The notes: a model not told the origin generated them from the sequence alone. Counted from the first letter of the stretch, positions 1 to 10,563 are shown. The stretch is 64,000 bases of DNA from Herpetosiphon gulosus (GCF_039545135.1 NZ_BAABRU010000004.1:322427-386426), one strand, 5' to 3'. Numbers and translations: made by a program.

Positions 1-51
1 GGCGAGAAGCGCGAAACCGCTACGCTACAATTACGCTCAACTGACCGCCCA

Positions 52-2001
52 ATGGTCGCAACCTTGCTGGAGCAACCATTGCCGCAATTAACCAAAGTCG
101 TGTTAGTTGCCACTGATAGCCAGCAGTTGCCTGATGTGCAGATTGGCCTCGATATGCTGAGTGGGATTGTGCTCAATCAGCGTTCATGGGGCGAACTAAC
201 GCCTGAGCAACAGCAAGCGATCAAGCAATGGGTCAACAACGGCGGAGTGTTGGTCGCCGAGCCAAATCTGCTCGAAGATTTACCAGCCGAACTCCAACCA
301 GCTCAAGTTGCTGGCCAGCAAACGATTGACACCACAACCCTAAGTCAAGTGTTTGGTCAGCCATTTAATGTGCAAAGTTTGAATGTTGCCTTACTTCAAC
401 CCAATCAGCAGGCAGCGACCAGCCTCAAACAAGCGCAAACGCCGCTGTTAGTTAAGCGCTCGGTTGGCCGTGGCTTCGTGATTGCCAGTGCCTTTAATCT
501 TGATCAAGCCGAATTTACGGCGTGGCGTGGCTATGAAAATCTGCTAGCCTCGCTCTTTCCACAACAACTAGATCTAGGCTGGATGGGTGCTGGCAGCAGC
601 GAAAGTATGTTGCGTGATAGTGCAGCGCCTGCATTGCTGAACAATTTGCCAGCGCTCGATTTGCCTCCACTGCAAACGCTGTTAATTCTCTTGGGAATTT
701 ATATTGTTTTGGCCGGGCCAGTGACCTACCTTGTGCTACGGCGGCTTGATCGCATGGCCTTGGCATGGCTGACAATTCCGACATTAACGTTGATTTTTGC
801 TGTGTTAGCCTATGGAATTGGCTCGAAACAACGAGGCACGGATATTTTGGTTCACGATGTGGCCTTGATTTACCCTGATGATCAAGCTAATGCCACGGTC
901 TTGGGCTATGCGGGTATTTTCTCGCCAGTCCGTGAAGACTATCAAGTTACAATCAAGCATGGAGCCTATCCTCGCCCATTATTGGTCAACCCCAATATGG
1001 GTAATAATGGTGGAATTAACGCCACCCGAGCGCTCTACAGCCATCAGCCAGGCGATATTCGTAACTTAACAATTAATCAATGGTCAATGGAAATGTTTGC
1101 CTACGAACGCGATATCAGCGATGCGCCGCATGTGCAAATCGAAATCAGCATGCAAGGTAAAAAAATTATCGGTAAGGTGAAAAATACCAGTACCTACAGC
1201 TTAAATGATGCGGCGTTTATTATGTTAGGCAATGCTCAAAAGTTTGGGACAATCGAGCCTGGCGCTGAAAAATCGATCGAATTGCAAATTAACAACAATC
1301 CCTCAATGTCGGGGGCAAGCTATTTGTTGTTTCAAAAAGAGCTTGATGCAGGCTATCAAACTGAATTTGGCCCGCCACGTGAGCTGTTGGCCAAAACCCA
1401 AGCACTCGATATTGCCCTGCCCAACAGCTATGGCAGCGTTGATCGGAATGCAGTATTTGTGGCGTTCGTCGATTTCAATCAAGCCGTGATCGATTTGCCA
1501 GAAAAACGCTTTGCCGCAACCCAACGCAGTCTGCTGATTCAATATCCTCAACTGCGCTATAGCCAAAATACGGTCGAACTAACCAATAATTGGTTTGGCT
1601 ATACCTTAGAAGATGACCCAGGGATGGGGATGGGTTCAATCTGTACAACCAGTGCCCGTGGGGCTGGTATCAGCATCTCGCAAAAAACCGGCATCATTCA
1701 ACTCAGCCTGCCCACAACATTTAGTTCAATCGAGGCCCAATCGCTACGGCTCTTGCCAACAATCGATGGTGGGATGGTCACGCCCAATAAATTAACTTAC
1801 GAACTGTATAACTGGGCAACCAGCCAATGGGATGCCGTTGAATTCAAAAATGGGGCGATTGATCTGACGACCAGCCCCAGCACCTATTTGCAACAAGGCA
1901 ACCTACGCACCCGCTACACCCTTGATCCAGCAGTCGATACCACGGCGGGGTTGTGGGGTTGCTTCTCGGTTGGGCCAGTGCTTTCGGGAGTAGTCAAATG
2001 A
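52..2001 (+). CDS. Hypothetical membrane protein (two central TM helices); likely first gene of an ABC-2 transporter operon; 5' end may lie upstream of the window
   Basis: Long ORF with no stop in-frame from base 1 to 52. Hydrophobic segment LQTLLILLGIYIVLAGPVTYLV...WLTIPTLTLIFAVLAYGIG. Its stop overlaps the start of the downstream ABC ATPase (ATGA). Confidence 0.55.
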   Translation: MVATLLEQPLPQLTKVVLVATDSQQLPDVQIGLDMLSGIVLNQRSWGELTPEQQQAIKQWVNNGGVLVAEPNLLEDLPAELQPAQVAGQQTIDTTTLSQVFGQPFNVQSLNVALLQPNQQAATSLKQAQTPLLVKRSVGRGFVIASAFNLDQAEFTAWRGYENLLASLFPQQLDLGWMGAGSSESMLRDSAAPALLNNLPALDLPPLQTLLILLGIYIVLAGPVTYLVLRRLDRMALAWLTIPTLTLIFAVLAYGIGSKQRGTDILVHDVALIYPDDQANATVLGYAGIFSPVREDYQVTIKHGAYPRPLLVNPNMGNNGGINATRALYSHQPGDIRNLTINQWSMEMFAYERDISDAPHVQIEISMQGKKIIGKVKNTSTYSLNDAAFIMLGNAQKFGTIEPGAEKSIELQINNNPSMSGASYLLFQKELDAGYQTEFGPPRELLAKTQALDIALPNSYGSVDRNAVFVAFVDFNQAVIDLPEKRFAATQRSLLIQYPQLRYSQNTVELTNNWFGYTLEDDPGMGMGSICTTSARGAGISISQKTGIIQLSLPTTFSSIEAQSLRLLPTIDGGMVTPNKLTYELYNWATSQWDAVEFKNGAIDLTTSPSTYLQQGNLRTRYTLDPAVDTTAGLWGCFSVGPVLSGVVK

Positions 2002-2951
2002 GCGAATTAGCCCTCCAAACTGTTGATTTATTGCGGCGTTATGGCAAATACACTGCGGTCAACAAGCTGAATTTGAATATCACACCTGGCAGCATTTTTG
2101 GGTTTCTCGGACCCAATGGTGCAGGCAAAACCACAACCTTGCGGATGTTAGCAGGCTTGCTTGAGCCAAGCAGTGGTCAAGTATTTCTGCATGGCCAACT
2201 AATTCAAAAAACCAGTACGGCGGCAGCAATCGTCGGCTATATGCCCGACTTCTTCGGGGTTTACGATGATCTGCGGGTCTGGGAATATCTTGATTTCTAT
2301 GCTCGTTGCCATGGCATTGAGCCAGCTAAGCGCAAAAGTACGGTCGATGGCTTGCTCGATTTGGTTGATCTCGGCGAAAAGCGCAATGCCTTTGTGCAAC
2401 ACCTGAGCCGTGGTATGCAACAACGTTTATGTTTGGCTCATGCCTTGGTGCACGACCCCAAAATTTTGTTGCTCGACGAACCAGCCAGTGGCCTTGACCC
2501 CCAAGCGCGGGTTGAGTTGCGCGAATTGTTGCGCACCCTGCGCGATATGGGCAAAACGATTATTCTTAGCTCGCATATTTTGAATGAGCTTGAAGATATT
2601 TGCACCGATTTTGGGATTATGGCGCGTGGCCAATTATTGGCTCAAGGCTCGCTCGAAACCTTACGTCAACGCAGCCGTCCGGCCCTGCAAATTAAAGTGC
2701 TCGATGATCTCGATCGGGCGATGCGCTTGATTGCTGCTCAAGCGGGAGTTTTGCGGGTGCTCGAACCAGCCGAAGCCACGCCCAAGCTGATCGAGGTCGA
2801 ATTTGATGGTGATGAGCAGCAAGCGTCACAATTATTGCTCAATCTAGCGCGGGCCGAGCTACCAGTTGCCGATTTTCATCGTGAGGACGATTCGCTGGAA
2901 CGGCTGTTTTTGCAGCTTGTCAATGACCATGGTATGGAGGAACGAGTATGA
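1998..2951 (+). CDS. ABC transporter ATP-binding protein (ABC-2/CcmA-like)
   Basis: Walker A GPNGAGKTTTLRML, signature LSRGMQQRL, Walker B ILLLDEP. Start MSELALQ overlaps the upstream stop (ATGA). Confidence 0.85.
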   Translation: MSELALQTVDLLRRYGKYTAVNKLNLNITPGSIFGFLGPNGAGKTTTLRMLAGLLEPSSGQVFLHGQLIQKTSTAAAIVGYMPDFFGVYDDLRVWEYLDFYARCHGIEPAKRKSTVDGLLDLVDLGEKRNAFVQHLSRGMQQRLCLAHALVHDPKILLLDEPASGLDPQARVELRELLRTLRDMGKTIILSSHILNELEDICTDFGIMARGQLLAQGSLETLRQRSRPALQIKVLDDLDRAMRLIAAQAGVLRVLEPAEATPKLIEVEFDGDEQQASQLLLNLARAELPVADFHREDDSLERLFLQLVNDHGMEERV

Positions 2952-4042
2952 GCAATCGTGCAGTGAGCCGTCGTTGGAGCTTGCAACCCAACCCAATCGT
3001 GGTCAAAGAGCTTCGTTCGCGCATGCGTGGTGGTCGAGCGTTTATCCTGCTCACGGGCTTTTTGCTCGGTTTAGGCTTGGTTGGCTATGGCTTGTTTCTG
3101 CGGGCTACCAGTGGCCAACAAACCGGCATGCCGATCTTCAGCGCCCAAATTGGCCAAACCTTGTTTGCAGGTTTAGCCTTTATGCTGCTGTTTTTAGTAA
3201 TTTTAATTGCCCCAGCAGTGACCGTTGGAGCCATCAGTAGCGAGCGCGAACGCCTAACCTATGAAATGTTGATCGCCACAAATTTGCCTTCACACCGCTT
3301 GCTGTGGGGCAAATTGATCTCAGCACTTTCGTATATTGCTCTCTTGTTGCTGGCGGCAATTCCACTAGGCAGTATTGTCTTTTTATTTGGTGGGATTACG
3401 CTGCGCCATGTGTTGCAGGCGGCAGCAATTATTGTGTTAAGCGCGATCACTAGCGCCATGCTTGGCATTTGGGCTTCGGCCATGACTGGTAAAACTGGAC
3501 GAGCAGCGGTGGTAAGTTATGTGATTATTGGATTGGTGCTAGGTGGATTTTTATCTGGAGCCGAGATCTGGACTAATCGGACTAGCGATCCTGTACCAAC
3601 AGGCCTCTTAGCTCCCAATCCAATCAGCGCCTTGGCCTCAAGCATTGGCACCTTGTCGGGGCCAAGCAACGGCGGAATTATTACCACCATGCGAGCATTC
3701 GAGGCAGTGCCAATGGCGGCTGGCGGTGGTGGTTGGTGGCCTGGGATGAATTCGTTTACTGGTGGCTTGAATTTCCCAGGCTGGCAAACATTTTCGATTG
3801 GGATTTACCCAGTAACCGATCAATTTGGCCCTGATGGCATGCCAATTATTGCCGAGCCACGTTCGATCTGGCGCACAACCTTAATTATTTTGATTATGGC
3901 ATGTTTGGTGTTTTTCTGGATGGCGCTGCATGCAGTCAAGCCACGTCGCCGCTGGTGGCCAACTTGGGGCGATTTGGCGATGCTCTCGGTAAGCTCGTTG
4001 AGCCTGCTCAGCCTTGGCACTTGGATTGGCTGGTGGTTTTAA
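2948..4042 (+). CDS. ABC-2 family transporter permease
   Basis: Multi-TM protein. ATGA overlap with the ATPase. Typical ABC-2 permease hydrophobicity pattern. Confidence 0.75.
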   Translation: MSNRAVSRRWSLQPNPIVVKELRSRMRGGRAFILLTGFLLGLGLVGYGLFLRATSGQQTGMPIFSAQIGQTLFAGLAFMLLFLVILIAPAVTVGAISSERERLTYEMLIATNLPSHRLLWGKLISALSYIALLLLAAIPLGSIVFLFGGITLRHVLQAAAIIVLSAITSAMLGIWASAMTGKTGRAAVVSYVIIGLVLGGFLSGAEIWTNRTSDPVPTGLLAPNPISALASSIGTLSGPSNGGIITTMRAFEAVPMAAGGGGWWPGMNSFTGGLNFPGWQTFSIGIYPVTDQFGPDGMPIIAEPRSIWRTTLIILIMACLVFFWMALHAVKPRRRWWPTWGDLAMLSVSSLSLLSLGTWIGWWF

Positions 4043-4098
4043 ACGAAGTTGAGTTAACCACGGTGCAAGCTGTTTGGCAAGCACCGTGGTTTTTTTGT

Positions 4099-6465
4099 TT
4101 AATCAAGTTGCATTTGTAAATCCAAATGCTCATCGGTTGCAAGGCTTAGGGTTGCTACCCGCTGAGCAGGATCATAGTTTGCACCAGCAAACGTGGCCGC
4201 ACTCGCGGCGCTGATACCATGAATGCGGAGTTGAATATTGCGTGGGGCAGGGGTGAAATCACCCTCGCGCCAACCACTGCGAATCGTCAAGGTTTGTTGA
4301 TCATGGCTGATTTGATAATTAATCACCGCCGATTGGCCTTGTTGATAATCGAAACTCAAGCCATCGTCTTCGTACAAGCTAAACGAACCATTGCCCGGAT
4401 AGCATTCCAAGCTCAGGCTCTCGGCGACTTGGCCTGTATGTTGGCTACTGGCCGAGCCAAGCGGCAAGATTGTGCCAGCCCGAACGTACAAGGGCATGCG
4501 TTCAAGCGGTGCTTGGGCTAGTAAATGGGTTGGGCCTTCGATTAACTCATTCGTCCACCAATCGTACCACTGGCCAGCTGGCAAATAGACATGGCGCTGG
4601 GTTTTGCCGGGCTGATAGATCGGAGCCGCCAAGAGGGCCGACCCAAGCATTACTTGATCATGCAATTGATAGGTAGCAGGATCGTTGGAAAATTCGTAGA
4701 GCAATGGCCGCAGAATTGGCCCACCATCCTGCGAACTTTGCCAAAAGAGTGTATACAAATAGGGCAATAATTGATAGCGCAACTGCAAATATTCGCGACA
4801 AATTGCCTCGACTTCAGCGCCAAATTGCCAAGGCTCATGCGGCGCGGTATCAGTGTGCGAGTGACCGCGACAGAAGGGCATCAAAATGCCAAATTGCATC
4901 CAGCGGGCAAATAATTCAGGGCTGGCGTTATCGAAAAAGCCACCGATATCGGTGCCAACAAATGGCACGCCCGAAAGCCCCATATTGACCAATTGTGAAA
5001 TTGCCAGTTCCAAATGCTCCCAGCGCGAGGCATTATCGCCCATCCAGCAAGCACTCCAACGTTGAATTCCAGCATAGCCCGAGCGAGTCAGCACAAATGG
5101 GCGTTGGTTTGTAACCTCGAGAATGCCAGCATAGGCAGCCTGAGCCATGCCCAAGCCATATAGATTATGCATTTCGGCGTGAGTCGTGCGCTCGTCGGCT
5201 GGGCCTTGAATTGCATCAAGCTCAATGGGCTGAGGCGTGCTACCACCTTGGCTAAATGGCATGGTAAAGACCGTCGGCTCGTTCATATCATTCCAAATGC
5301 CACTGATGCCAATCTCAATCAGACGGCGTTGCATGCTTGCCCACCAAGTGCGTACCTCGGGGCGGCTAAAATCAGGGAAGACTGAATCATCGGGCCAAAC
5401 ATAGCCATGAAAAATCTCGCCATTGGCCCGTCGAATAAAGCTGTTGTGCTCTAGCCCCGATTGATAAACCGCATACTCAGAGTCGATTTTAACTCCAGGA
5501 TCGACAATATTGACCAAGCGAATCTGTTGCTCAGCTAAATCCTGCACCATTGCCGCCGGATTAGCGAAGCACTGCGGATTCCACGTAAAATCGCGATAGC
5601 CATCCATATGGTCAATATCAAGGTGAATCACATCGCAGGGGAGTTGGCGTTGGCGAAATGCTTGGGCAATTTGGCAAATTTGTTCAGCCGAGTTGTAGCC
5701 CCAACGGCTTTGATGGTAGCCTAAGGCCCAGCGGGGCGGCAACGGCGTTGTGCCAAGCAAACGGGCAAAGCCTTGCAAAACTTTGGCAGGAGTTGGCCCA
5801 AAACAGAGGTAATAATCAAGCTCGCCGCCATCGACCGTCATACTCCAAGCCGCAGGATCTTCTACCCCAAGATCAAAACGGCTATGCCAAGTATTATTCA
5901 AAAATACCCCATAAGCCAAGCCTTGGCGCAACGCCAGAAAACTAGGAATCGCAATATACAAGGGATCAGTACCAGGTCCATAGCGATGTTGATCGGTTGT
6001 CCAGTTGGTGCGGGTTAGGCCACGTTGGTTAAGTTGGCCTGAGCGTTCGCCAAAACCATAGAAATATTCTTGGGGGTGCAATTGCTTACGGCAAGTGATT
6101 GAGCTATGCTGCGCCGACCAGCTGAATCCTTCGGCATCGCCGCAAAACGGCTGATCGTCACTGGTATAAAAGCTAATCTGGCCAGAGTTACGTTCAATTT
6201 TCAGCGTCAGCTCGGCGGTGCGCAGCACCAAACCATGCTCGGTTTCACTGAGCGTCGTATCAACCGGAGTAAAAGCGTGCTCGGGCGTAACCACCGCCCA
6301 CGAACGGCGCTTGGCAAAACGACCATCAGGAGCCAAACGCACCCGGATAATCGTCTCGGTCAGCATACTGATGGCAACTTTTGCACCACCATAATCGAGC
6401 AGCAAGTTTTGTGCACCGTGATCATACGATTGCAACACATTTAACGATTGCGCAAGAATGGGCAT
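4099..6465 (-). CDS. Glycoside hydrolase family 31 alpha-glucosidase
   Basis: GH31 catalytic signature GIWNDMNEPTVF; 788 aa; transcribed divergently from the sugar ABC locus. Confidence 0.85.
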   Translation of the reverse strand: MPILAQSLNVLQSYDHGAQNLLLDYGGAKVAISMLTETIIRVRLAPDGRFAKRRSWAVVTPEHAFTPVDTTLSETEHGLVLRTAELTLKIERNSGQISFYTSDDQPFCGDAEGFSWSAQHSSITCRKQLHPQEYFYGFGERSGQLNQRGLTRTNWTTDQHRYGPGTDPLYIAIPSFLALRQGLAYGVFLNNTWHSRFDLGVEDPAAWSMTVDGGELDYYLCFGPTPAKVLQGFARLLGTTPLPPRWALGYHQSRWGYNSAEQICQIAQAFRQRQLPCDVIHLDIDHMDGYRDFTWNPQCFANPAAMVQDLAEQQIRLVNIVDPGVKIDSEYAVYQSGLEHNSFIRRANGEIFHGYVWPDDSVFPDFSRPEVRTWWASMQRRLIEIGISGIWNDMNEPTVFTMPFSQGGSTPQPIELDAIQGPADERTTHAEMHNLYGLGMAQAAYAGILEVTNQRPFVLTRSGYAGIQRWSACWMGDNASRWEHLELAISQLVNMGLSGVPFVGTDIGGFFDNASPELFARWMQFGILMPFCRGHSHTDTAPHEPWQFGAEVEAICREYLQLRYQLLPYLYTLFWQSSQDGGPILRPLLYEFSNDPATYQLHDQVMLGSALLAAPIYQPGKTQRHVYLPAGQWYDWWTNELIEGPTHLLAQAPLERMPLYVRAGTILPLGSASSQHTGQVAESLSLECYPGNGSFSLYEDDGLSFDYQQGQSAVINYQISHDQQTLTIRSGWREGDFTPAPRNIQLRIHGISAASAATFAGANYDPAQRVATLSLATDEHLDLQMQLD

Positions 6466-6682
6466 ATCACCGTGCTCCTCACAGGCAGGTTGTCTTTAAT
6501 TCGAATAGTTTTGTTGCACCTCAAGCTTTGCCAGAAGCACTATTCGATGGAAATGCTAACGGGGTTGTTGGATCAATTCTATCCCGCAGGCGCTCAGGAA
6601 GATTATGGCTTGGCTGTGAGTATAGCCAGTTGCTTGAGGGTTAGCGTTCAAATAGCGTTCAAAGATAGAACAAAAAGCGTAG

Positions 6683-6850
6683 AGTTTTTGATCCACGAAG
6701 CGCACGAAGCACACGAAGCACACGAATGTTGATTTTAAGGTTCGAACACATTGGCTGGCAATTCAGGCAGTTAATGAGCCTCAGCTTCGTGTCCTTCGTG
6801 GATCAAAAAACTTCCTCTCCCCTAATCCCTGACCCCTGAACCCTCGGAAA
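6683..6850. repeat. Palindromic intergenic repeat: module A (gatccacgaag-[cacgaag]n ... cttcgtg-cttcgtggatc), then module C (ccctgacccctga)
   Basis: The inverted heptamer arrays at 6690-6726 and 6785-6804 form a long hairpin. Module A recurs at 35132, 37831/38029, 41328 and 60109. Confidence 0.8.
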
Positions 6851-6859
6851 ACATTAATA

Positions 6860-6902
6860 TTGACAACTCTTTCAGCGATGTGCTATGCTTGAAACGGTTC
6901 AA
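6860..6902 (+). promoter_or_regulatory. Sigma70-like promoter (TTGACA-18-TATGCT) with an overlapping 14-bp near-palindrome TTGAAACGGTTCAA (candidate LacI-family operator) upstream of the sugar-binding protein gene
   Basis: -35 at 6860-6865, -10 at 6884-6889, palindrome at 6889-6902 (one mismatch pair, CG centre). Sits about 220 nt upstream of the SBP start. Confidence 0.4.
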
Positions 6903-7121
6903 TAAAGCGATTGCTTATACTTGGTTTTGGGCTAGATTTTGGTGAATTTGCGCTAAAAAGCAGCCAATAGCATTGTAAAGCCAGCCTAATCAATCAATTA
7001 TTGAATATTCTGATAGGGGTTATTGAATCGGTTCAAACCCAGCTCCGGTGCAGCATCAGGAATGGTTATGGCAGACACGACTTGATGCCCGTGGCTTGGA
7101 AAGCCCACTATCAGAAGGACA

Positions 7122-8657
7122 ATGCAGTCTATGAAACTTCGATCATTTCGCGTGTTGTTTGTGCTCAACCTGCTGATCGCGTTGATCTTGACGGCTTGTG
7201 GTGAAGCAACCCCTACAACCAACCCAACCGACGCGCCTGCTGCCGCAGCAACCACCGCCGCCGAAATCGTAGCAACCGCAACTACCGCAGATAGCCAACC
7301 AACCACTGCTCCTGCTGCGAACACTGCCAGCTTACCCGCAGTGATCACCATGCCTGAGCAAATTGCTGGCGGTCGGCCAGTTGAAATCACCGTCGTTGGC
7401 ATGCCACCCGAATCGCAGCCAACCACCTTGGCAACCTGGAAAGAGCAAGTCGCTCGCTTCCAACAGGTTTATCCCAATGTAACGATCATTGGCAGCGATT
7501 ATGCCTATGCCCCCGATACCTTCGCTGCGTTGGTGGCTGGTAACCAAGTACCAACCCTGTTTGAAGTCTATTTGACCGATGTAACCAAAGTTGTTGAGCA
7601 AGAAATTGCCACTGATTTGACCAGCGTGTTCAGCGCTAGCAAACTCGATGGCTTGTTCAATCCCAATATTTTGGCAATCGCCTCAAAAGATGGCAAAATC
7701 TATGGGATTCCCCGCTTTGCCTATGCGATGGGCTTGGGCTATAACATCGACATGCTCAAAGCTGCTGGCTTCGATACTCCTCCAACCAGTTGGCAAGAAT
7801 TGGCCACTATGGCCAAAACCTTGACCAATCGCGATACCAACGTAGCTGGTTTCTCGTTTATCACCGATGGCGGTAATGCCACTGGCTGGCAAGTAACCAC
7901 CATGGCCTATACCTTCGGCGCAAAACAAGCCGATTTAGTCAAAACTAATAGCGATGGCACCTATAGCGCAGGTTTTGCAACTGGCGCTCCAGTCGATACC
8001 CTAAACTACATCAAAGAATTGCGCTGGAACTACGATGTGTTGCCACGCGAAAACCTCGACTGGGCACGCAATGGCGAAGCCTTGGCAACCGACCGCGCCG
8101 CCTTGGTGGTGATGGCGGGCGACCAATTTAATTGGATACGCACCACCTTCCCCGATGTTGATCTGAAGAAATTTGGCTTTGCGCCATTGCCAGTTGGCCC
8201 AAATGCCAAGAGCGTTTCGTTGGTTGGTGGCAATATCGCCATGGTCAATGCGACCGCCGATGACGATCAAAAAGAAGCTGCGGCCTACTTCCGCCTCTGG
8301 ACCCAATTCGACCCCGCCGAAATTCAAATTGGCTACGATTTGAGCGCCAAAGATCCGCAATATGTGATCGGCGCACCAGTTTTGCCGTTGTACGTTGGCG
8401 ATTATCAAACGGCGCTCGATACGCTGCAAGCCAAATATGCCAACCTACCCGTTGAAAACTACCAACTCTTCCGCGATGCTGTGACCTCAGGCAAGGTTGC
8501 TTTGGAGCTTGAGCCAGCGATTGCCGGCCAAGAATACTATGGCGCAATGGGCGCGGTTGTCAGCAGCATTCTGACTGACCAAGCCATTGATCCAGCCGCT
8601 AATGTGACCGAGGCTGCAACCGTCTTCCAACATAATGTACTTGACCAACTGAAATAA
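7122..8657 (+). CDS. ABC transporter substrate-binding lipoprotein (family 1 sugar/oligosaccharide SBP)
   Basis: Lipoprotein signal ...LILTAC-G, followed by a Thr/Ala-rich linker. 511 aa. Two permease genes follow. Confidence 0.8.
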   Translation: MQSMKLRSFRVLFVLNLLIALILTACGEATPTTNPTDAPAAAATTAAEIVATATTADSQPTTAPAANTASLPAVITMPEQIAGGRPVEITVVGMPPESQPTTLATWKEQVARFQQVYPNVTIIGSDYAYAPDTFAALVAGNQVPTLFEVYLTDVTKVVEQEIATDLTSVFSASKLDGLFNPNILAIASKDGKIYGIPRFAYAMGLGYNIDMLKAAGFDTPPTSWQELATMAKTLTNRDTNVAGFSFITDGGNATGWQVTTMAYTFGAKQADLVKTNSDGTYSAGFATGAPVDTLNYIKELRWNYDVLPRENLDWARNGEALATDRAALVVMAGDQFNWIRTTFPDVDLKKFGFAPLPVGPNAKSVSLVGGNIAMVNATADDDQKEAAAYFRLWTQFDPAEIQIGYDLSAKDPQYVIGAPVLPLYVGDYQTALDTLQAKYANLPVENYQLFRDAVTSGKVALELEPAIAGQEYYGAMGAVVSSILTDQAIDPAANVTEAATVFQHNVLDQLK

Positions 8658-8727
8658 TCAGCTGCCACGCCTTGCTCTCAGTCAATTGGGAGCAAGGCGT
8701 GGTTGCAGCATCGTGAAGGAGTTTTCA

Positions 8728-9660
8728 ATGAAGGTTGCTCAATCGAAGCTGATTGCAGCCACAAGCACTGAGCGGCTGCGGCCACGGATTCAGTGGCGCA
8801 ATCAATTCTATGCTTATCTGTTTCTCTTGCCAGCCCTACTGATTTTTCTCTATTTCACTTGGTATCCGATGGTTACGGCGGTAATATATAGTTTCCAAAA
8901 AGTTAAGCTCAACGGCAATTCAACCTGGGTTGGCTTTGATAATTACCAGCGGATGTTTAATAACCCGCTGTTTTATACTGCTTGGCGCAATGTGTTTCAC
9001 TTTACAATTTTGAGTTTGTTGATGGGCTTTGTGGTGCCAATTATTATCGCCCTGATGATCAACGAATTACGCCGTTTGGGTGGTTTGTATAGTGTGGTGG
9101 CCTATCTACCAACCTTGATTCCAGCGACAATTGGCTTGTTGGTTTGGCGGCAGTTGTACGCGCCTGAAGGTGGTTTTCTAAATAATATTTTGGCAAAATT
9201 TGGGATCGCGCCGCAACTTTGGCTGCAAAACCCCGATTTGGTCAAGCCTGCCATGATTGTGATTATGACTTGGGCTGGGGTTGGCGGCACAATCTTAATC
9301 TACCTCGCGGCCTTGCGTGAAATTCCCCAAGAACTGTACGAAGCGGCCCAGCTCGATGGCTTTTCGGTGCTTGATCGGATTATTTACATCGCCCTGCCTT
9401 TGATTTCCTCGCGCATGCTGATGTTGCTGATGTTGCAAGTAATTGCGGTGGTACAAGTTTTCTCCGAGCCATTTTTATTAACCGAAGGCGGCCCAGCCAA
9501 TAGCACGGTTACGCCTGTGCTTGAAAGCTACCGCATCGCCTTTGCTCGCAACGATTTTGGCCTCGCCTCGGCTTGGAGCGTTTCGCTGTTGGTCGTGCTT
9601 TCGCTGTTTTCGGTGGTGTATGTTTGGCTCTCGATGCGCCAACCAAAGCATGCCGATTAA
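8728..9660 (+). CDS. Sugar ABC transporter permease (MalF/UgpA-like)
   Basis: EAA loop motif EAAQLDGFSVLDRIIYIALP; 6 TM. RBS GAAGGAG 8 nt upstream of the ATG at 8728. Confidence 0.8.
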   Translation: MKVAQSKLIAATSTERLRPRIQWRNQFYAYLFLLPALLIFLYFTWYPMVTAVIYSFQKVKLNGNSTWVGFDNYQRMFNNPLFYTAWRNVFHFTILSLLMGFVVPIIIALMINELRRLGGLYSVVAYLPTLIPATIGLLVWRQLYAPEGGFLNNILAKFGIAPQLWLQNPDLVKPAMIVIMTWAGVGGTILIYLAALREIPQELYEAAQLDGFSVLDRIIYIALPLISSRMLMLLMLQVIAVVQVFSEPFLLTEGGPANSTVTPVLESYRIAFARNDFGLASAWSVSLLVVLSLFSVVYVWLSMRQPKHAD

Positions 9661-9687
9661 TCAACCCTAGCCAACAAGGAGCAACCG

Positions 9688-10563
9688 ATGAGTTCAAGCA
9701 TGGGCATTATGTCCGAGGTCGAGTCGCGATCACGGCGTGGCACAATTTTGCGGGTTGTTTTAGGGATTATGCTGGCACTATTTAGCTGTGGCTTGCTCTT
9801 CCCATTTATTTTCACCTTCACGGCTGGACTCAAAACCAGCAGCGAAATTTATCAACCAGGCCTGAATTTGTGGCCTGAAGTCGCTCACTGGGAGAATTAT
9901 CGCGAGGCATGGACTCGTTTCAATCTGCCACGCATGTTTCTCAACACCTTTGCCATTACCCTAGGCGGGGTGGTTAGTCAACTGACGGTCTGTTCGATGG
10001 CGGCCTATAGCCTTTCGCGGCTCAAGCCAATTGGCCAAAAAGTGATTATGACAATGTTGTTTGTGAGTATGGCAATTCCAGCGATTGCCTATATCATTCC
10101 GTTATACACCACTTTGGTCAAATTGCCGTTGCTCAATATTAGTTTGCTGAACAGCTATTGGGGTTTGTGGCTACCCTATGCCGCCAATGCCTTCACAATC
10201 ATCGTGCTCAAGAACTTCTTCGAGCAAATTCCCCAAGATATTTATGATGCAGCGATGGTTGATGGAGCTTCGCCAATTCGGATTTTTTGGAGCATTACCT
10301 TGCCATTGGCACGGCCAATTCTGCTGACCTTAGCAGTTTTGACCTTTATTAGTCTCTGGAAAGATTTCTTGTTACCATTGTTGGTATTACGCGATGCCAA
10401 ATTGCAACCAGTGACGGTACGCCTGTTCGCCTTGGTCAAGGATTTTCCCAAGAACTTGCAAATGGCGGCCTCGTTCACCGCGATGGTTCCACAGTTGATC
10501 GCGGCGCTGTTACTGCAACGCTTTATCAAAGGCGGCTTGACAATTGGTGGGAGCAAAGGCTAG
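9688..10563 (+). CDS. Sugar ABC transporter permease (MalG/UgpE-like)
   Basis: EAA loop DAAMVDGASPIRIFWSITLP; 6 TM. Confidence 0.8.
   Translation: MSSSMGIMSEVESRSRRGTILRVVLGIMLALFSCGLLFPFIFTFTAGLKTSSEIYQPGLNLWPEVAHWENYREAWTRFNLPRMFLNTFAITLGGVVSQLTVCSMAAYSLSRLKPIGQKVIMTMLFVSMAIPAIAYIIPLYTTLVKLPLLNISLLNSYWGLWLPYAANAFTIIVLKNFFEQIPQDIYDAAMVDGASPIRIFWSITLPLARPILLTLAVLTFISLWKDFLLPLLVLRDAKLQPVTVRLFALVKDFPKNLQMAASFTAMVPQLIAALLLQRFIKGGLTIGGSKG

Noticed and set aside
6505-6550. Inverted repeat tcgaatagt...actattcga upstream of the GH31 start
   Set aside because: 9-bp arms with a ~30-nt spacer are too widely spaced for a typical dimeric operator. It may be an incidental hairpin in the 5' UTR.
6448-6732. 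94-aa ORF ending in HEAHEAHE
   Set aside because: It is created by reading through the module A heptamer array (cacgaag)n. Repeat artefact, not a gene.
6998-7426. 142-aa minus-strand ORF spanning the SBP start
   Set aside because: Antisense to the SBP signal/linker region (Ala/Val-rich mirror). No RBS.
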